Of a stretch of DNA of 33,717 nucleotides, positions 17,817 to 27,240 are shown one piece after another. Positions within the stretch are counted from its first letter, which is position 1. Every line of letters begins with the position of its first letter. A model generated the notes under the pieces. That model did no database searches. It saw only the letters and a list, made by a program, of their open reading frames with translations, and was not told the DNA's origin. The DNA lies in the NCBI GenBank assembly GCA_036127535.1, contig JAYYRF010000477.1, positions 1 to 33,717 on the forward strand, written 5' to 3'. This DNA comes from Myxococcota bacterium. GTDB lineage: Bacteria > Myxococcota_A > UBA796. The position numbers and the translations under genes are program-made.

Positions 17817-18260
17817 CTACGGGCGAAGGGGTTTCAAAAGGGTGTTCAATTCTACCAGTTGCGATTCTGGAATGAGAAATTGGATTTCATCTGCTCGTTT
17901 TTTTACGCGGAAAGAACTGGTACCTTTGCTTCTCACCTTTACATGCGCTCCGCTATTTTGGTGCCAAATCTGCACTTGTTCTCGAAGCAAGTCTGCTTGT
18001 TCTTCGCTTAGAATTCCCGCTTTGGGCGTTCCACCACTGTATATTCCACTCGAACTCATCGCTGGCTGGATGGGATCGTATTGAAAATGAATGGCTCCCT
18101 CTTTTCGATAAAAATGAAAACGGTTTCCGGATCCATCGGCATAAAAACATTCCCAAGCGTCTTCGGTTTGTTCAGATATATCGGTTTCGGAGACATTCGT
18201 TGGCGTATTTTTACGGCTGCATCCTACCAAAAGTAGACATATTATCAATCTTATATGCAT
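17817..18260 (-). CDS. Hypothetical lipoprotein (YADGSGN...SSSGxYSGG motif)
   Basis: AGGAG RBS before ATG 18260; lipobox LVGC at Cys14. Confidence 0.75.
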   Translation of the reverse strand: MHIRLIICLLLVGCSRKNTPTNVSETDISEQTEDAWECFYADGSGNRFHFYRKEGAIHFQYDPIQPAMSSSGIYSGGTPKAGILSEEQADLLREQVQIWHQNSGAHVKVRSKGTSSFRVKKRADEIQFLIPESQLVELNTLLKPLRP

Positions 18261-18282
18261 CTGTACTCCTGGAAACACCACA

Positions 18283-19245
18283 CTAGAGATTTGGGCGTGG
18301 CTCAAAGGGCTTGGCGCTCAAGCGAAAGCGAAAAGACACCAAGTGACGATGCTCTAAACCATCTTCTGCCGGAATGAGTTGAACATCGTAACCAATGGCA
18401 CTAAAGATCTGATCGAAGGATATACCAGCCCCAAAGATATTGTCTTGCGCGAGAAAGTCACGCTGATATCCACCTCGGATCGAAACATAGCAGTCCAGCG
18501 GTAAGTCTCCCGCCACCCCGACGAAAGCCGGCACACCATCGCGCAGGGAATATCCAGCATCCACTTCCAAACCTCCCGAAGAATAATACACGTCGCTATC
18601 GTCCATGCAGCGCTTCCAAAGAGGCCCCGATGCATCGAGAAGTCCCCAACGAACCCCAAATTCCAAAGAACTTCCGTCCACGGCATCCAATGCATCCACC
18701 AAACCGACACCCAAGATGACCTGATCAGCAAATTTTGCACCCATAGACAGGTTCAATTCAAAGGCATGGGTCAAGACGTTCAAGTCGCTGGCCGTCCCGA
18801 AGTAAAAGCCCCCGACCCCCAAAGAAAGGGAGCGATTGAGAAAACTAATGCCCATCGAAGCGCCCACCAAAGAATGAACGGACAACTGCTCGACCTCTTC
18901 ACCGGGCAACTTCCAACCCGGCAGCAAAGAAGAATCCAAGCCGTACTGCAAAGATTCGCGCTGATACACCAACCCCAAAGCCACGGGTCCTTGGGTCGAA
19001 TCGGCGGCGCCGATCGAGGCTCCCCAATCCAAAGACGGATATAGGTATGCAGCACCTTCGACTTGATAACGCGGGATCAAAGATAGAGTCGAGGGCATTC
19101 TTCGAACCGGCAATAAAGAATCAGCGTGTGCCCGTGAAATCGAAGCCATACCCATGTCTAGGGCAAAATTCCCATCCAATGCAAGTGCAGAAGGACTATA
19201 AATGGCACAGAGGACAAAAATCGTCCTTCTTAAAGATGAATACAT
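18283..19245 (-). CDS. Predicted outer-membrane beta-barrel protein (FadL/PorV-like pattern)
   Basis: Sec signal ending ALA; ALDMGMA N-terminal motif; many alternating amphipathic strands (IRGGY, FGAGISF, IGYDV, VSFRF). Confidence 0.6.
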   Translation of the reverse strand: MYSSLRRTIFVLCAIYSPSALALDGNFALDMGMASISRAHADSLLPVRRMPSTLSLIPRYQVEGAAYLYPSLDWGASIGAADSTQGPVALGLVYQRESLQYGLDSSLLPGWKLPGEEVEQLSVHSLVGASMGISFLNRSLSLGVGGFYFGTASDLNVLTHAFELNLSMGAKFADQVILGVGLVDALDAVDGSSLEFGVRWGLLDASGPLWKRCMDDSDVYYSSGGLEVDAGYSLRDGVPAFVGVAGDLPLDCYVSIRGGYQRDFLAQDNIFGAGISFDQIFSAIGYDVQLIPAEDGLEHRHLVSFRFRLSAKPFEPRPNL

Positions 19246-19273
19246 AGAGACCTATGGTTAAATTACTGAGGGT

Positions 19274-19282
19274 AGTATAACA
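19274..19282 (-). promoter_or_regulatory. Putative extended -10 promoter for the beta-barrel gene
   Basis: Minus strand TG-T-TATACT about 28 bp upstream of ATG 19245. Confidence 0.3.
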
Positions 19283-19404
19283 CCAAACTCCATCTTCTAT
19301 CCCCCCTTACAGAGTATTTCATGTTAAGACACTTCAGCATTCGCGAGACCCCGTTCCTTGGTCTCTCGGCTTATCACTAAGAACTTTGTAGAGGGCTCAC
19401 CATC

Positions 19405-20289
19405 ATGAAAACCAAATATCCTGCCGTCAGAACCGCCGTCATACCCGTTGCTGGACTCGGAACACGCTTCCTACCCGCCACCAAGACCGTACCCAAAGAG
19501 ATGCTTCCTCTCCTCGATCGTCCTTGTATCGATTACATCGTCAAAGAAGCCGCTGATGCAGGAATTGAACGCATCGTTTTCGTTACTGCACGCGGCAAGG
19601 ACGCGATGGTAGACTATTTTGATCGCTCTCCCGCGCTCGAAGCACACCTCCGCAAAGTCGGTAAGGTCGATCTGCTCGAAAAGGTCTTGGAAAGTGGAAA
19701 GCGCGTCGACGTAATCGCCATTCGACAGCGCGAAACCCTCGGATTGGGACACGCCGTTCTCTGCGCCAAGGCCGTGGTTGGGGAAGAACCCTTTGCCGTA
19801 CTCCTCGGTGACGACATCGTATTCAACAAAACCCCCACCGTCGGTGACATGATCAAAGTCTACAACAAATCTGGAGACAGCGTTGTTGCCCTTATGGAAG
19901 TTCCACAAGAAGATACGCAGCGCTATGGAATTTGCGCCGGAGAATGGGAAAACGAAGATTGTATGCGCATCAAAAGAATGGTCGAAAAACCCCATCCCAA
20001 GCTCGCACCGAGCAACTTCGGAATTGTTGGTCGATATGTCCTCCCCGCGAGCATCTTCAAACTTCTCGAGGAGACCCCACCCGGAAAAGGAGGAGAAATT
20101 CAGCTCACCGACGCAATCCATATGCAGGCTCGAAAAGGCAAGGTCATCGGCTATAAGATCAAAGGCCAGCGATTCGACACTGGAAACGCACTCGGACTGC
20201 TGCGCGCCTCTATGTACCAAGCCCTGCAACGACCGGACCTGCGTGTGGGCTTCAAAAAAATTCTACAGGAATTTAAGGATATCAAGTGA
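19405..20289 (+). CDS. galU: UTP--glucose-1-phosphate uridylyltransferase
   Basis: AVIPVAGLGTRFLPATKTVPKEMLP, LGLGHAV, LLGDD, MVEKP, GEIQLTDAI, RFDTG. Confidence 0.97.
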   Translation: MKTKYPAVRTAVIPVAGLGTRFLPATKTVPKEMLPLLDRPCIDYIVKEAADAGIERIVFVTARGKDAMVDYFDRSPALEAHLRKVGKVDLLEKVLESGKRVDVIAIRQRETLGLGHAVLCAKAVVGEEPFAVLLGDDIVFNKTPTVGDMIKVYNKSGDSVVALMEVPQEDTQRYGICAGEWENEDCMRIKRMVEKPHPKLAPSNFGIVGRYVLPASIFKLLEETPPGKGGEIQLTDAIHMQARKGKVIGYKIKGQRFDTGNALGLLRASMYQALQRPDLRVGFKKILQEFKDIK

Positions 20290-22697
20290 AATTTGCAGAG
20301 ATCGCTGTCGCTCTTCCGGTGGATGGGTTGTATACCTATAAAATCCCATCCAACCTCTCTATCGAAATCGGACACACCGTCATGGTACCCTTCGGTAGAC
20401 AAAAAGTTACCGGATACGTCGTCGGTCTACTCAATGAAACCGAGCTGACACGCGTCAAAAATATCTCGCGCCTTCTCGACCCCGTACCGGCCTTCGACCA
20501 ATCGATACTCCCTTTCTTCAAATGGATCGCCAAATACTACCTTTCGGGTCTCGGAGAGGTCATCTCGACCGCACTTCCCAAAGACTACAAAATTAAATCC
20601 ATTCGCATCTATGTGCCAACGGAAACCGGAATTGATGCCCTTGCGAACCAAGACATCACGGTACCGGCACAAGCCACTCTTCTCCGAGAGATGATCGCTC
20701 GCTCCGGCCGAACCGAAAAATCCTTCGTCAAATTCTTTCACGAGGAGCTCGAACCCAACGTCGTTCGCAAAGCACTTGGTTCTTTGGTACGCAGTGGCTG
20801 GGCGCGAATCGAAGAAAAAGAGCACGGCGGTGTCAAAGGACACGTCAAAACGGTCGAATTGGCCATGCCCAAAGAAAAAGTATCCCTGCGCGGGGCAAGG
20901 ATGCAAGCGGCCTTTAATCAGCTGATCGATGCCGGCGGCATGATGGACGTCGCCGATCTCCAAGCGATAGAAGGTCCGACCATCGTATCTGCACTCAAAA
21001 GACTGGAAAAAAAGGGCATCGTCCGCTTCGGAAAACGCGAAGATCGTAGCAAAGCGCAAGTGGACACTCTCCCGGCTTCTGGAGAAAAACATCCCCCCAA
21101 CGATCAACAAGCGCGCGCACTCGAAGATATTTGCCACAAGCCGCCGCAGACCCATCTTCTTCACGGTGTAACCGGTGCGGGAAAAACCGAAGTCTACCTC
21201 CAGGCGGCCGAGCACTTTAAAAAGCAAAAAAAGCAAACCCTGATTCTCGTACCGGAAATCGCTCTTACGCCCCTTCTGATCGGTCGGGTAAAGGCACGCT
21301 TTGGTTCGAGTGTGGCGGCACTGCACAGCGGCCTACGTCAATCGGAGAGACTCCGTGAGTGGCGCCGCATACGAGCCGGTGAGGTCGACGTTGCCGTCGG
21401 AGCACGATCAGCGCTGTTTGCTCCGTTTCAAAATCTTGGACTCATCGTCGTCGATGAGGAACACGACGACTCCTACAAACAAGGAGACGGCGTGCGCTAC
21501 CACGCACGAGATTTGGCTGTTGTTCGCGGTGCGTTTGAGAAGTGCCCGGTCGTATTGGGCTCAGCCACACCCAGTATCGAATCGTGGAACAATGCAAACG
21601 AAGAGAAATACAACCTCATTCGCATTAACAAACGCGCTACGCCAAAGCCCGTCCCCGAGATTAATCTCATCGATATGCGTGGACGCCCCCCCATTCAGAT
21701 CATCTCTCCAGAATTACAAACCGCTCTGCACGAATGTTTTGAATCCGGTGGTAAGGCCATTGTTTTGTTCAATCGAAGAGGATACGCGCCCACCGTTGAA
21801 TGTCCGGGTTGCGGCGGAAATTACAAGTGTCCTTCTTGTCAAATTAGTTTGGTTTATCACCGAAAGAGCCACAAACTTAGCTGCCACTACTGCCACTTCC
21901 ACCGTAATTTCCAGCAAAACTGTCCGCAATGTGGAACCCCCTTTGACGTCATGGGTTTTGGAACAGAACGCGTCGAAGAAGAACTCACATCCATTTTTCC
22001 AGAGCGCAACATCTTGCGCATGGATGCCGACACGGTTGCGACAAAGGGCGCTCACCACAGAATACTCGATCAATTCCGCTCCCCGGATTCCCACTTATTG
22101 ATCGGAACCCAACTCGTCGCAAAGGGACATGACTTCCCCAAGGTGACACTCGCCGCTGTTGTGGGCGTAGACCATATCCTCACCATGCCAGATTTTCGAT
22201 CGGCTGAGAGAACCTACGCATTGGTCAAGCAGTTGGCGGGCAGAGCCGGTCGAGGAAGCGAAGCCGGTAAGGTCATCGTACAAACCCGACATCCGGAGCA
22301 CTTTATTTTCCGTCTGCTCGGCAATACCGATCTGCCGGATCCCTCTCACGTCTTCTACATGCAAGAGGTACGGCAACGCAAAATCTTAAAATACCCACCC
22401 AACACGCGTTTGGTTTTGCTGCGAATCGATGGAGAGGATCGCGCAAAGGTTCGAGAGCAAGCGAACCAACTGGCCAAAACCTTAAGAAGCCGGCGGATCT
22501 CAGGCATCGATATTTTAGGACCGACACTCGCTCCCATGTCCAAATTAATTGGACGGTGGCGTTTTCAAATGATTCTTCGCGGACAAGCGATATCAACCTT
22601 TCGTTCGTGGCTTGAACAAAACCGAGACCTTCTTCGCTCCTCTCTCAAGGGAGGCTGTCGTCTCTCCATCGATGTCGATCCGCGCAATCTCTTGTAG
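20286..22697 (+). CDS. priA: Primosomal protein N' (replication restart helicase)
   Basis: HGVTGAGKTEVY, LVPEIALTP, DEEHD, GSATPS, NRRGY, four CxxC zinc knuckles, AKGHDF, QLAGRAGR, IDVDP. GTGA overlap with galU. Confidence 0.97.
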   Translation: MKFAEIAVALPVDGLYTYKIPSNLSIEIGHTVMVPFGRQKVTGYVVGLLNETELTRVKNISRLLDPVPAFDQSILPFFKWIAKYYLSGLGEVISTALPKDYKIKSIRIYVPTETGIDALANQDITVPAQATLLREMIARSGRTEKSFVKFFHEELEPNVVRKALGSLVRSGWARIEEKEHGGVKGHVKTVELAMPKEKVSLRGARMQAAFNQLIDAGGMMDVADLQAIEGPTIVSALKRLEKKGIVRFGKREDRSKAQVDTLPASGEKHPPNDQQARALEDICHKPPQTHLLHGVTGAGKTEVYLQAAEHFKKQKKQTLILVPEIALTPLLIGRVKARFGSSVAALHSGLRQSERLREWRRIRAGEVDVAVGARSALFAPFQNLGLIVVDEEHDDSYKQGDGVRYHARDLAVVRGAFEKCPVVLGSATPSIESWNNANEEKYNLIRINKRATPKPVPEINLIDMRGRPPIQIISPELQTALHECFESGGKAIVLFNRRGYAPTVECPGCGGNYKCPSCQISLVYHRKSHKLSCHYCHFHRNFQQNCPQCGTPFDVMGFGTERVEEELTSIFPERNILRMDADTVATKGAHHRILDQFRSPDSHLLIGTQLVAKGHDFPKVTLAAVVGVDHILTMPDFRSAERTYALVKQLAGRAGRGSEAGKVIVQTRHPEHFIFRLLGNTDLPDPSHVFYMQEVRQRKILKYPPNTRLVLLRIDGEDRAKVREQANQLAKTLRSRRISGIDILGPTLAPMSKLIGRWRFQMILRGQAISTFRSWLEQNRDLLRSSLKGGCRLSIDVDPRNLL

Positions 22698-22728
22698 ACG
22701 TTATTGCAAATCGCAATAAAACACATCT

Positions 22729-24627
22729 ATGGAAAAAGAAAAAAACAAACGTTCGATCGGAAAACAGCTCCTTCCACACATCGTCTATATGCTGGTCGCT
22801 TTGTGGATTACCTCCGAAGCCTGGCTCAACGATGGACTCATTCTGAGCGGTGGTGACCAACCGGACTGGAACGGTACCGCTTGGGCTTATTGGTGGGTAG
22901 GAAAAGCCATCGAAGAGAGTCAAAACCCCTTTAACGGGACATGGAACTACTTTCCAGTTGGGCAGCGTCCTCTCGCACAATACAATCTCCTCGATGCGCT
23001 CTTGGCCTGGCCTCTTCTAAAAATCTTCGGGATTCGTATCGGCTACAATCTCTTTGCTACACTGATCGCGTACTCGACAGCATGGGGGATGCATATTCTG
23101 GCCCGAACCGCGGGTGCGATGCTCCTACCTGCGATTTATGCCGGTGTTGCACTGGAGACATCCTCCTTCCTTTTGGTGGAACTTGGACATGGTAGACTCT
23201 CCCAGGCCATGCTGGTATTTTGGCTTGTCGGCTTGGCCGGTCTCCTCAAGATCGCAAGGGGAGAAGCCTCTTGGAAGATAACCGGACTGACCGGATTGGC
23301 CTTGTCTTGTACTTTTCTAACCTACTGGTATTGGGGTCTGTTTTGGGTCTTCGCCGCCATTCCCATCTGGCTGAGCGAATTTTGGTTTTGGGACAAACGG
23401 CGCTGGAAACAGCTCGGATTGGTGGCGCTCATCACCGCCGTCATCTGCGGCCCTTACGTCTATGCGCTGATTCTGTCCTACCAAAATCTCCCCGGTGTCG
23501 ATCGCGCACTCGAACCGTGGATGGACTACGGCTCGCTGGGCAGAGACGAGTTCGGCCTAGCGATGGGCATCAAGCAGTCCCATTGGCCGCTGTGGCCGCT
23601 GTTCCACACCGCTGCCGATCCGGATGATAAACGCATCGCCTTGCTTCCGCTTATTTTGGGTGTGGCGGCCTGTTTTCGGGAAATACCGGAGAAGAAACGG
23701 TGGATTGCCATGATGCTGGTTGGATACATTCTGACGCTGGGTCCCTATCTGCGATGGACAGATGCACAACCCCTTCGCATTGGTTTACCATACCTATGGT
23801 TGTACGACTACTTTCCGTTCTTCAAGAGATTTTGGTGGCCACAGCGCCTCGAATTATTGGTTCTCATCGGACTTTTGGTGACCGGCTCCTTGTTGCTCAA
23901 TCGGTGGACATTGTTTCTCCACCGCTGGGGAAAAACGTTTGTGGTGTTAGCCATTGTGGGTCTGTTTGTCGATATTCCGGTTCGAAATCCGTACTTTCCG
24001 GTAGAATCCCATCCACCAAGAGAATACAAAGAGCGGTTGTATGCGCAGATCAAAGGTCCGATCATTACCACGCCGGTGCTGAGCACCAACGAAATCACCC
24101 GACATATCTTGTGGCTTCAAGGTTTCCACGAGCAACCGATTCTCGGAGGACTGGGAGACCACATACCCAGCCACCGACCGCCAAAGTACGAGTCGTACAT
24201 CAACGACCGCGTCGTCTTGAGAGCACTCTCAGAAATCAGCCGCGGAACATTCAAAGACGCCCTTTTACAACCAGAAGACATCAATGTTCTCATCGAAGAA
24301 GATGGTTTCCGGTGGATTGTCATCGACCCTGCCGCCTATAGCCCCGGACTCGAAGAGAGATGGGCAGCCGCGTTCACCTCCTTTTGCCAAGGTGTCTGGG
24401 GAACCCCCACCGTTGAGGTTGGGCTCGCCAAAGCGTGGAAACTCAGTCCCATCACACACTCGATCTTTATTGACAACATCCCGCCCGTTGAACGATTGGG
24501 CCCGCGCACCGAAGAGGGGTACAAACAGCAAGATCCAAATATGGATGGCTCTACACCGATGGATGGCTCTATACCGATGGATGGCTCTATACCGATGGAT
24601 GGCTCTACGCCGATGGATCAGCCTTGA
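22729..24627 (+). CDS. Polytopic membrane protein, probable GT-C fold (YfhO-like) glycosyltransferase
   Basis: About 10-12 TM helices, acidic first loop (GGDQPDW...YFPVG), LTLGPY, RFWWPQR, soluble C-terminal domain (WLQGFHEQPILGG). Confidence 0.6.
   Translation: MEKEKNKRSIGKQLLPHIVYMLVALWITSEAWLNDGLILSGGDQPDWNGTAWAYWWVGKAIEESQNPFNGTWNYFPVGQRPLAQYNLLDALLAWPLLKIFGIRIGYNLFATLIAYSTAWGMHILARTAGAMLLPAIYAGVALETSSFLLVELGHGRLSQAMLVFWLVGLAGLLKIARGEASWKITGLTGLALSCTFLTYWYWGLFWVFAAIPIWLSEFWFWDKRRWKQLGLVALITAVICGPYVYALILSYQNLPGVDRALEPWMDYGSLGRDEFGLAMGIKQSHWPLWPLFHTAADPDDKRIALLPLILGVAACFREIPEKKRWIAMMLVGYILTLGPYLRWTDAQPLRIGLPYLWLYDYFPFFKRFWWPQRLELLVLIGLLVTGSLLLNRWTLFLHRWGKTFVVLAIVGLFVDIPVRNPYFPVESHPPREYKERLYAQIKGPIITTPVLSTNEITRHILWLQGFHEQPILGGLGDHIPSHRPPKYESYINDRVVLRALSEISRGTFKDALLQPEDINVLIEEDGFRWIVIDPAAYSPGLEERWAAAFTSFCQGVWGTPTVEVGLAKAWKLSPITHSIFIDNIPPVERLGPRTEEGYKQQDPNMDGSTPMDGSIPMDGSIPMDGSTPMDQP
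24541..24618 (+). repeat. 18-bp tandem repeat, 4.3 copies, encoding MDGS(T/I)P
   Basis: ATGGATGGCTCTA(CA/TA/TA/CG)CCG units at 24541, 24559, 24577, 24595 plus partial ATGGAT at 24613. Confidence 0.95.
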
Positions 24628-25549
24628 CCGCCAGCGTAGCACATCCTTGACTTCTCTTGACGTATGCTTTGTCGGGATAGGAGAGAACCAGCGCCTCCTC
24701 GGAACAGACCAAGGTTTCTAACAATGATCCGTATATGTCATACACGCGCCCCAATTCCGAACCCGCAGCTATGATCGCACCGGGCGCCTGTGTCGGAACG
24801 AAAACCCCTGCCTTGGAGATGGTCGGCCCGTGACCGCGTTGCCATTTTACGCCCGCATTCGTCTCTGGCAACGGAGTGTCCAACAAACCCAAATGAGACA
24901 AAACATTCTCCACTGCTTGTTGCGCAATCGCCACCGCTTTCGGCTCCAGTGTTCTACGAGGCCCCACTTCCAAGGTTAAAGAAGCGGTCCCCAACGTATT
25001 CATGACACACCCAGAGAGCGTTTTTTCCAAACCATACTGACGATACCGGCGCGTTGGATACTCCCAAACGGGAATCAACCCGGTCGCCTGTGCAATGCGT
25101 GCACACCGTTCAGACAACGACGATGAGCCTTTGGACTTGATCACGCGGTCGATCAAGACATACGGGATTGAAAGCTGACTGTCCGTATGCAGATCCAAAA
25201 CCAAATCCGGTTTTTTTGCCGCGATGTTCGTCCACAAAAGATGCACCCATCTTTCCGCGGCCGATCCGCGCGCTCGACCGGGAAACAACCGGTTGAGATC
25301 GCTCGCGTTATCGGGAAACGTACGACTGTACTGCTGCAGTCCCTTGGGGTTCAAGGACGGATACAAATGAACCATACCACAGCGCAAACGCTTCGGTAGG
25401 GACTCCATCAGTCGATAAACAACGCCCAAACCGGTACACTCATCCCCGTGAATATTCGCCGTGATCACGACGGTTGGACCGGGACGCGCGGTCTGTAAAG
25501 TACTGTACAGAACCTCGGTATTGGGTATTCGATGTCGAATCACCCTCAT
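24605..25549 (-). CDS. Succinylglutamate desuccinylase/aspartoacylase family (AstE/AspA, M14-like) hydrolase
   Basis: NIHGDE, LNP, DLNRLFPG, LDLHT, TLEVG, C-terminal barrel-sandwich hybrid region. ATG 25549 overlaps the upstream stop (ATGA). Confidence 0.88.
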   Translation of the reverse strand: MRVIRHRIPNTEVLYSTLQTARPGPTVVITANIHGDECTGLGVVYRLMESLPKRLRCGMVHLYPSLNPKGLQQYSRTFPDNASDLNRLFPGRARGSAAERWVHLLWTNIAAKKPDLVLDLHTDSQLSIPYVLIDRVIKSKGSSSLSERCARIAQATGLIPVWEYPTRRYRQYGLEKTLSGCVMNTLGTASLTLEVGPRRTLEPKAVAIAQQAVENVLSHLGLLDTPLPETNAGVKWQRGHGPTISKAGVFVPTQAPGAIIAAGSELGRVYDIYGSLLETLVCSEEALVLSYPDKAYVKRSQGCATLAVKADPSA

Positions 25550-26748
25550 GCCTGTATCACCCAACACTTGAGATAGCGCGATTCGGGAAAGGACAAGGCT
25601 GCGGGAAAATCGATGGGTGGATTGTACTGTTTTAAGATTCGAACCGGTCTTTTCGTGCGAACGGAGGCATCCAAAATCGCCTTTGCGAAATCTTTGGGAG
25701 ACATCTTGCCGTGATTGGTGGCAATGACCAACCACCCTTGGGGCTCAAGAACCCGCAAACATCCAGCCACCAGTCCAGACAGCCCTTTTTCGACCGACCA
25801 AATCGCGTCACCATGAGAGAAAGATGGTGGATCTGCCACAATCATATCAAAGCGCTCTTGTTTCCGTCGGAAGCGATCGAGGGCTTTGAGGGCATCTTCC
25901 GCAAAGAAGCGATGTCCGTCACAAGACAAGTCATTGGCGATAAAGTTTTTTTGTACCCAATCGATGTACGTAGAGGAAAGATCAACACTTGTAACCTGTT
26001 TCGCACCGTTGGACGCAGCAGAGACGGAAAACGCACCCGTGAAGCAGAACAGATTCAAGCAGCGCTTTTCTTTCCAGTACGGAGTGAGCCAGTCCCGCAG
26101 CGCACGCATGTCGGAGAAGAGTCCCGCATCGGGCGAGCGGTTGGGTTCCACCCAATATCGCAAACCCAACTCCTCAACCCATTGACCTTCCGTATCTCCA
26201 CGTCCGGACAAGCAGCCCAAATGCTCCACCTTTTCGGCCCGGACGTATCCCCAAATTGAGGTGTAGGTAAAACAAGAGCGGATGGCGCCCAACAGCGGCT
26301 TAATGAGACACTTCAATGCCGGATCTGCCAATGTAAGGACGATTTCCGTACCCCAAACATCGATGCGAACACCGGGTAGCTGATCGTTTTCAGCGTGTAC
26401 CCAGCGCCATGCGGCCGTGGGAGGGAAACTCGGTCGCCTGGCCAAAGCCTCTTGCAAGCGCTGGGTCAAGAGGATTGTCGGTTCGACTCTCTCCGTCGAA
26501 AAGCGTCGAAAAGCAACGTGTCCACCACACCAAATCCCCGTTCCCAAGAAGGCATTGTGGGGAGAATAGACTTCTATCCAGTCCCCAACCTTGAACGAAC
26601 CCTGCTTTTTTCGAATTTCGTTTTTATAGACCCAGTCAAAACCGCGACTCAACCACGAATAAGAATATTCATTGACCTGAATCGAATCGTTCTTTGCCGT
26701 AAAAGACATTCGTTTATGTCGAGAGCCGCCTCTCCGATTTCTAGACAT
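25546..26748 (-). CDS. Class I SAM-dependent 23S rRNA methyltransferase, RlmI/RlmK family
   Basis: PUA-like WVYKNEI, HAENDQLPGVRID, GLFSDMR, LNLFCFTGAFSV, DPPSF, FPESRYLK. Confidence 0.88.
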   Translation of the reverse strand: MSRNRRGGSRHKRMSFTAKNDSIQVNEYSYSWLSRGFDWVYKNEIRKKQGSFKVGDWIEVYSPHNAFLGTGIWCGGHVAFRRFSTERVEPTILLTQRLQEALARRPSFPPTAAWRWVHAENDQLPGVRIDVWGTEIVLTLADPALKCLIKPLLGAIRSCFTYTSIWGYVRAEKVEHLGCLSGRGDTEGQWVEELGLRYWVEPNRSPDAGLFSDMRALRDWLTPYWKEKRCLNLFCFTGAFSVSAASNGAKQVTSVDLSSTYIDWVQKNFIANDLSCDGHRFFAEDALKALDRFRRKQERFDMIVADPPSFSHGDAIWSVEKGLSGLVAGCLRVLEPQGWLVIATNHGKMSPKDFAKAILDASVRTKRPVRILKQYNPPIDFPAALSFPESRYLKCWVIQA

Positions 26749-26751
26749 AGA

Positions 26752-27231
26752 CTAAGAAATGGGGGTCAGTTCATCGATGGGCGCCAAAGAAGAAAACTCT
26801 GCCAGCTGCTCATTGGTAAAACGAATGTCGTGGAAAATAGACCGAATCACGACAACCTGAAAGCCGAGAGCCATCGCAGAGTTGCCCGCGATGAGATCTA
26901 AAAAATCAACCGTCTGTAAAAATCCGTACTCCACGTCTTCTTTTGCGATGCAATGCGCACCGCGGGTTCCGCCATCTATCGTAGAAAGCGTGCCAAACAA
27001 AGAGCCGGGTTCGATGTTGCAGATGGGAACCAGTGCGCCGGAACGGGTTTCACGCTTAACGGAAATAATGCCGCTCAACAGAAGATATACCCCTTCTGAT
27101 TTGTCTCCTTGGGTAATAATCTTTTCGCCTGCGGATACGCTGTGGGTCGAAAAGATGCCGGCGAGGGCGTTGAGCTCTCTTGGTGGAAAGCCCTTAAACA
27201 GTTCAAATTGACGAAGGGTTTTGGTATCCAT
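26752..27231 (-). CDS. Stand-alone cyclic-nucleotide-binding domain protein, degenerate binding cassette
   Basis: LFKGF, GEKIITQGD, YLLLSG, GSLFGTLSTIDGGTRGA (Glu replaced by Thr); no HTH. Confidence 0.85.
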   Translation of the reverse strand: MDTKTLRQFELFKGFPPRELNALAGIFSTHSVSAGEKIITQGDKSEGVYLLLSGIISVKRETRSGALVPICNIEPGSLFGTLSTIDGGTRGAHCIAKEDVEYGFLQTVDFLDLIAGNSAMALGFQVVVIRSIFHDIRFTNEQLAEFSSLAPIDELTPIS

Positions 27232-27240
27232 ATCTATTCC

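Noticed and set aside
19345-19365. Inverted GAGACC/GGTCTC pair (BsaI sites) as a cloning scar or terminator
   Set aside because: Only a 6-bp stem with a 9-nt loop and no U-tract, in the galU upstream region; no other sign of synthetic sequence.
24541-24618. CRISPR array
   Set aside because: Units are directly adjacent 18-mers without spacers, are in frame in a CDS, and no cas genes are present.
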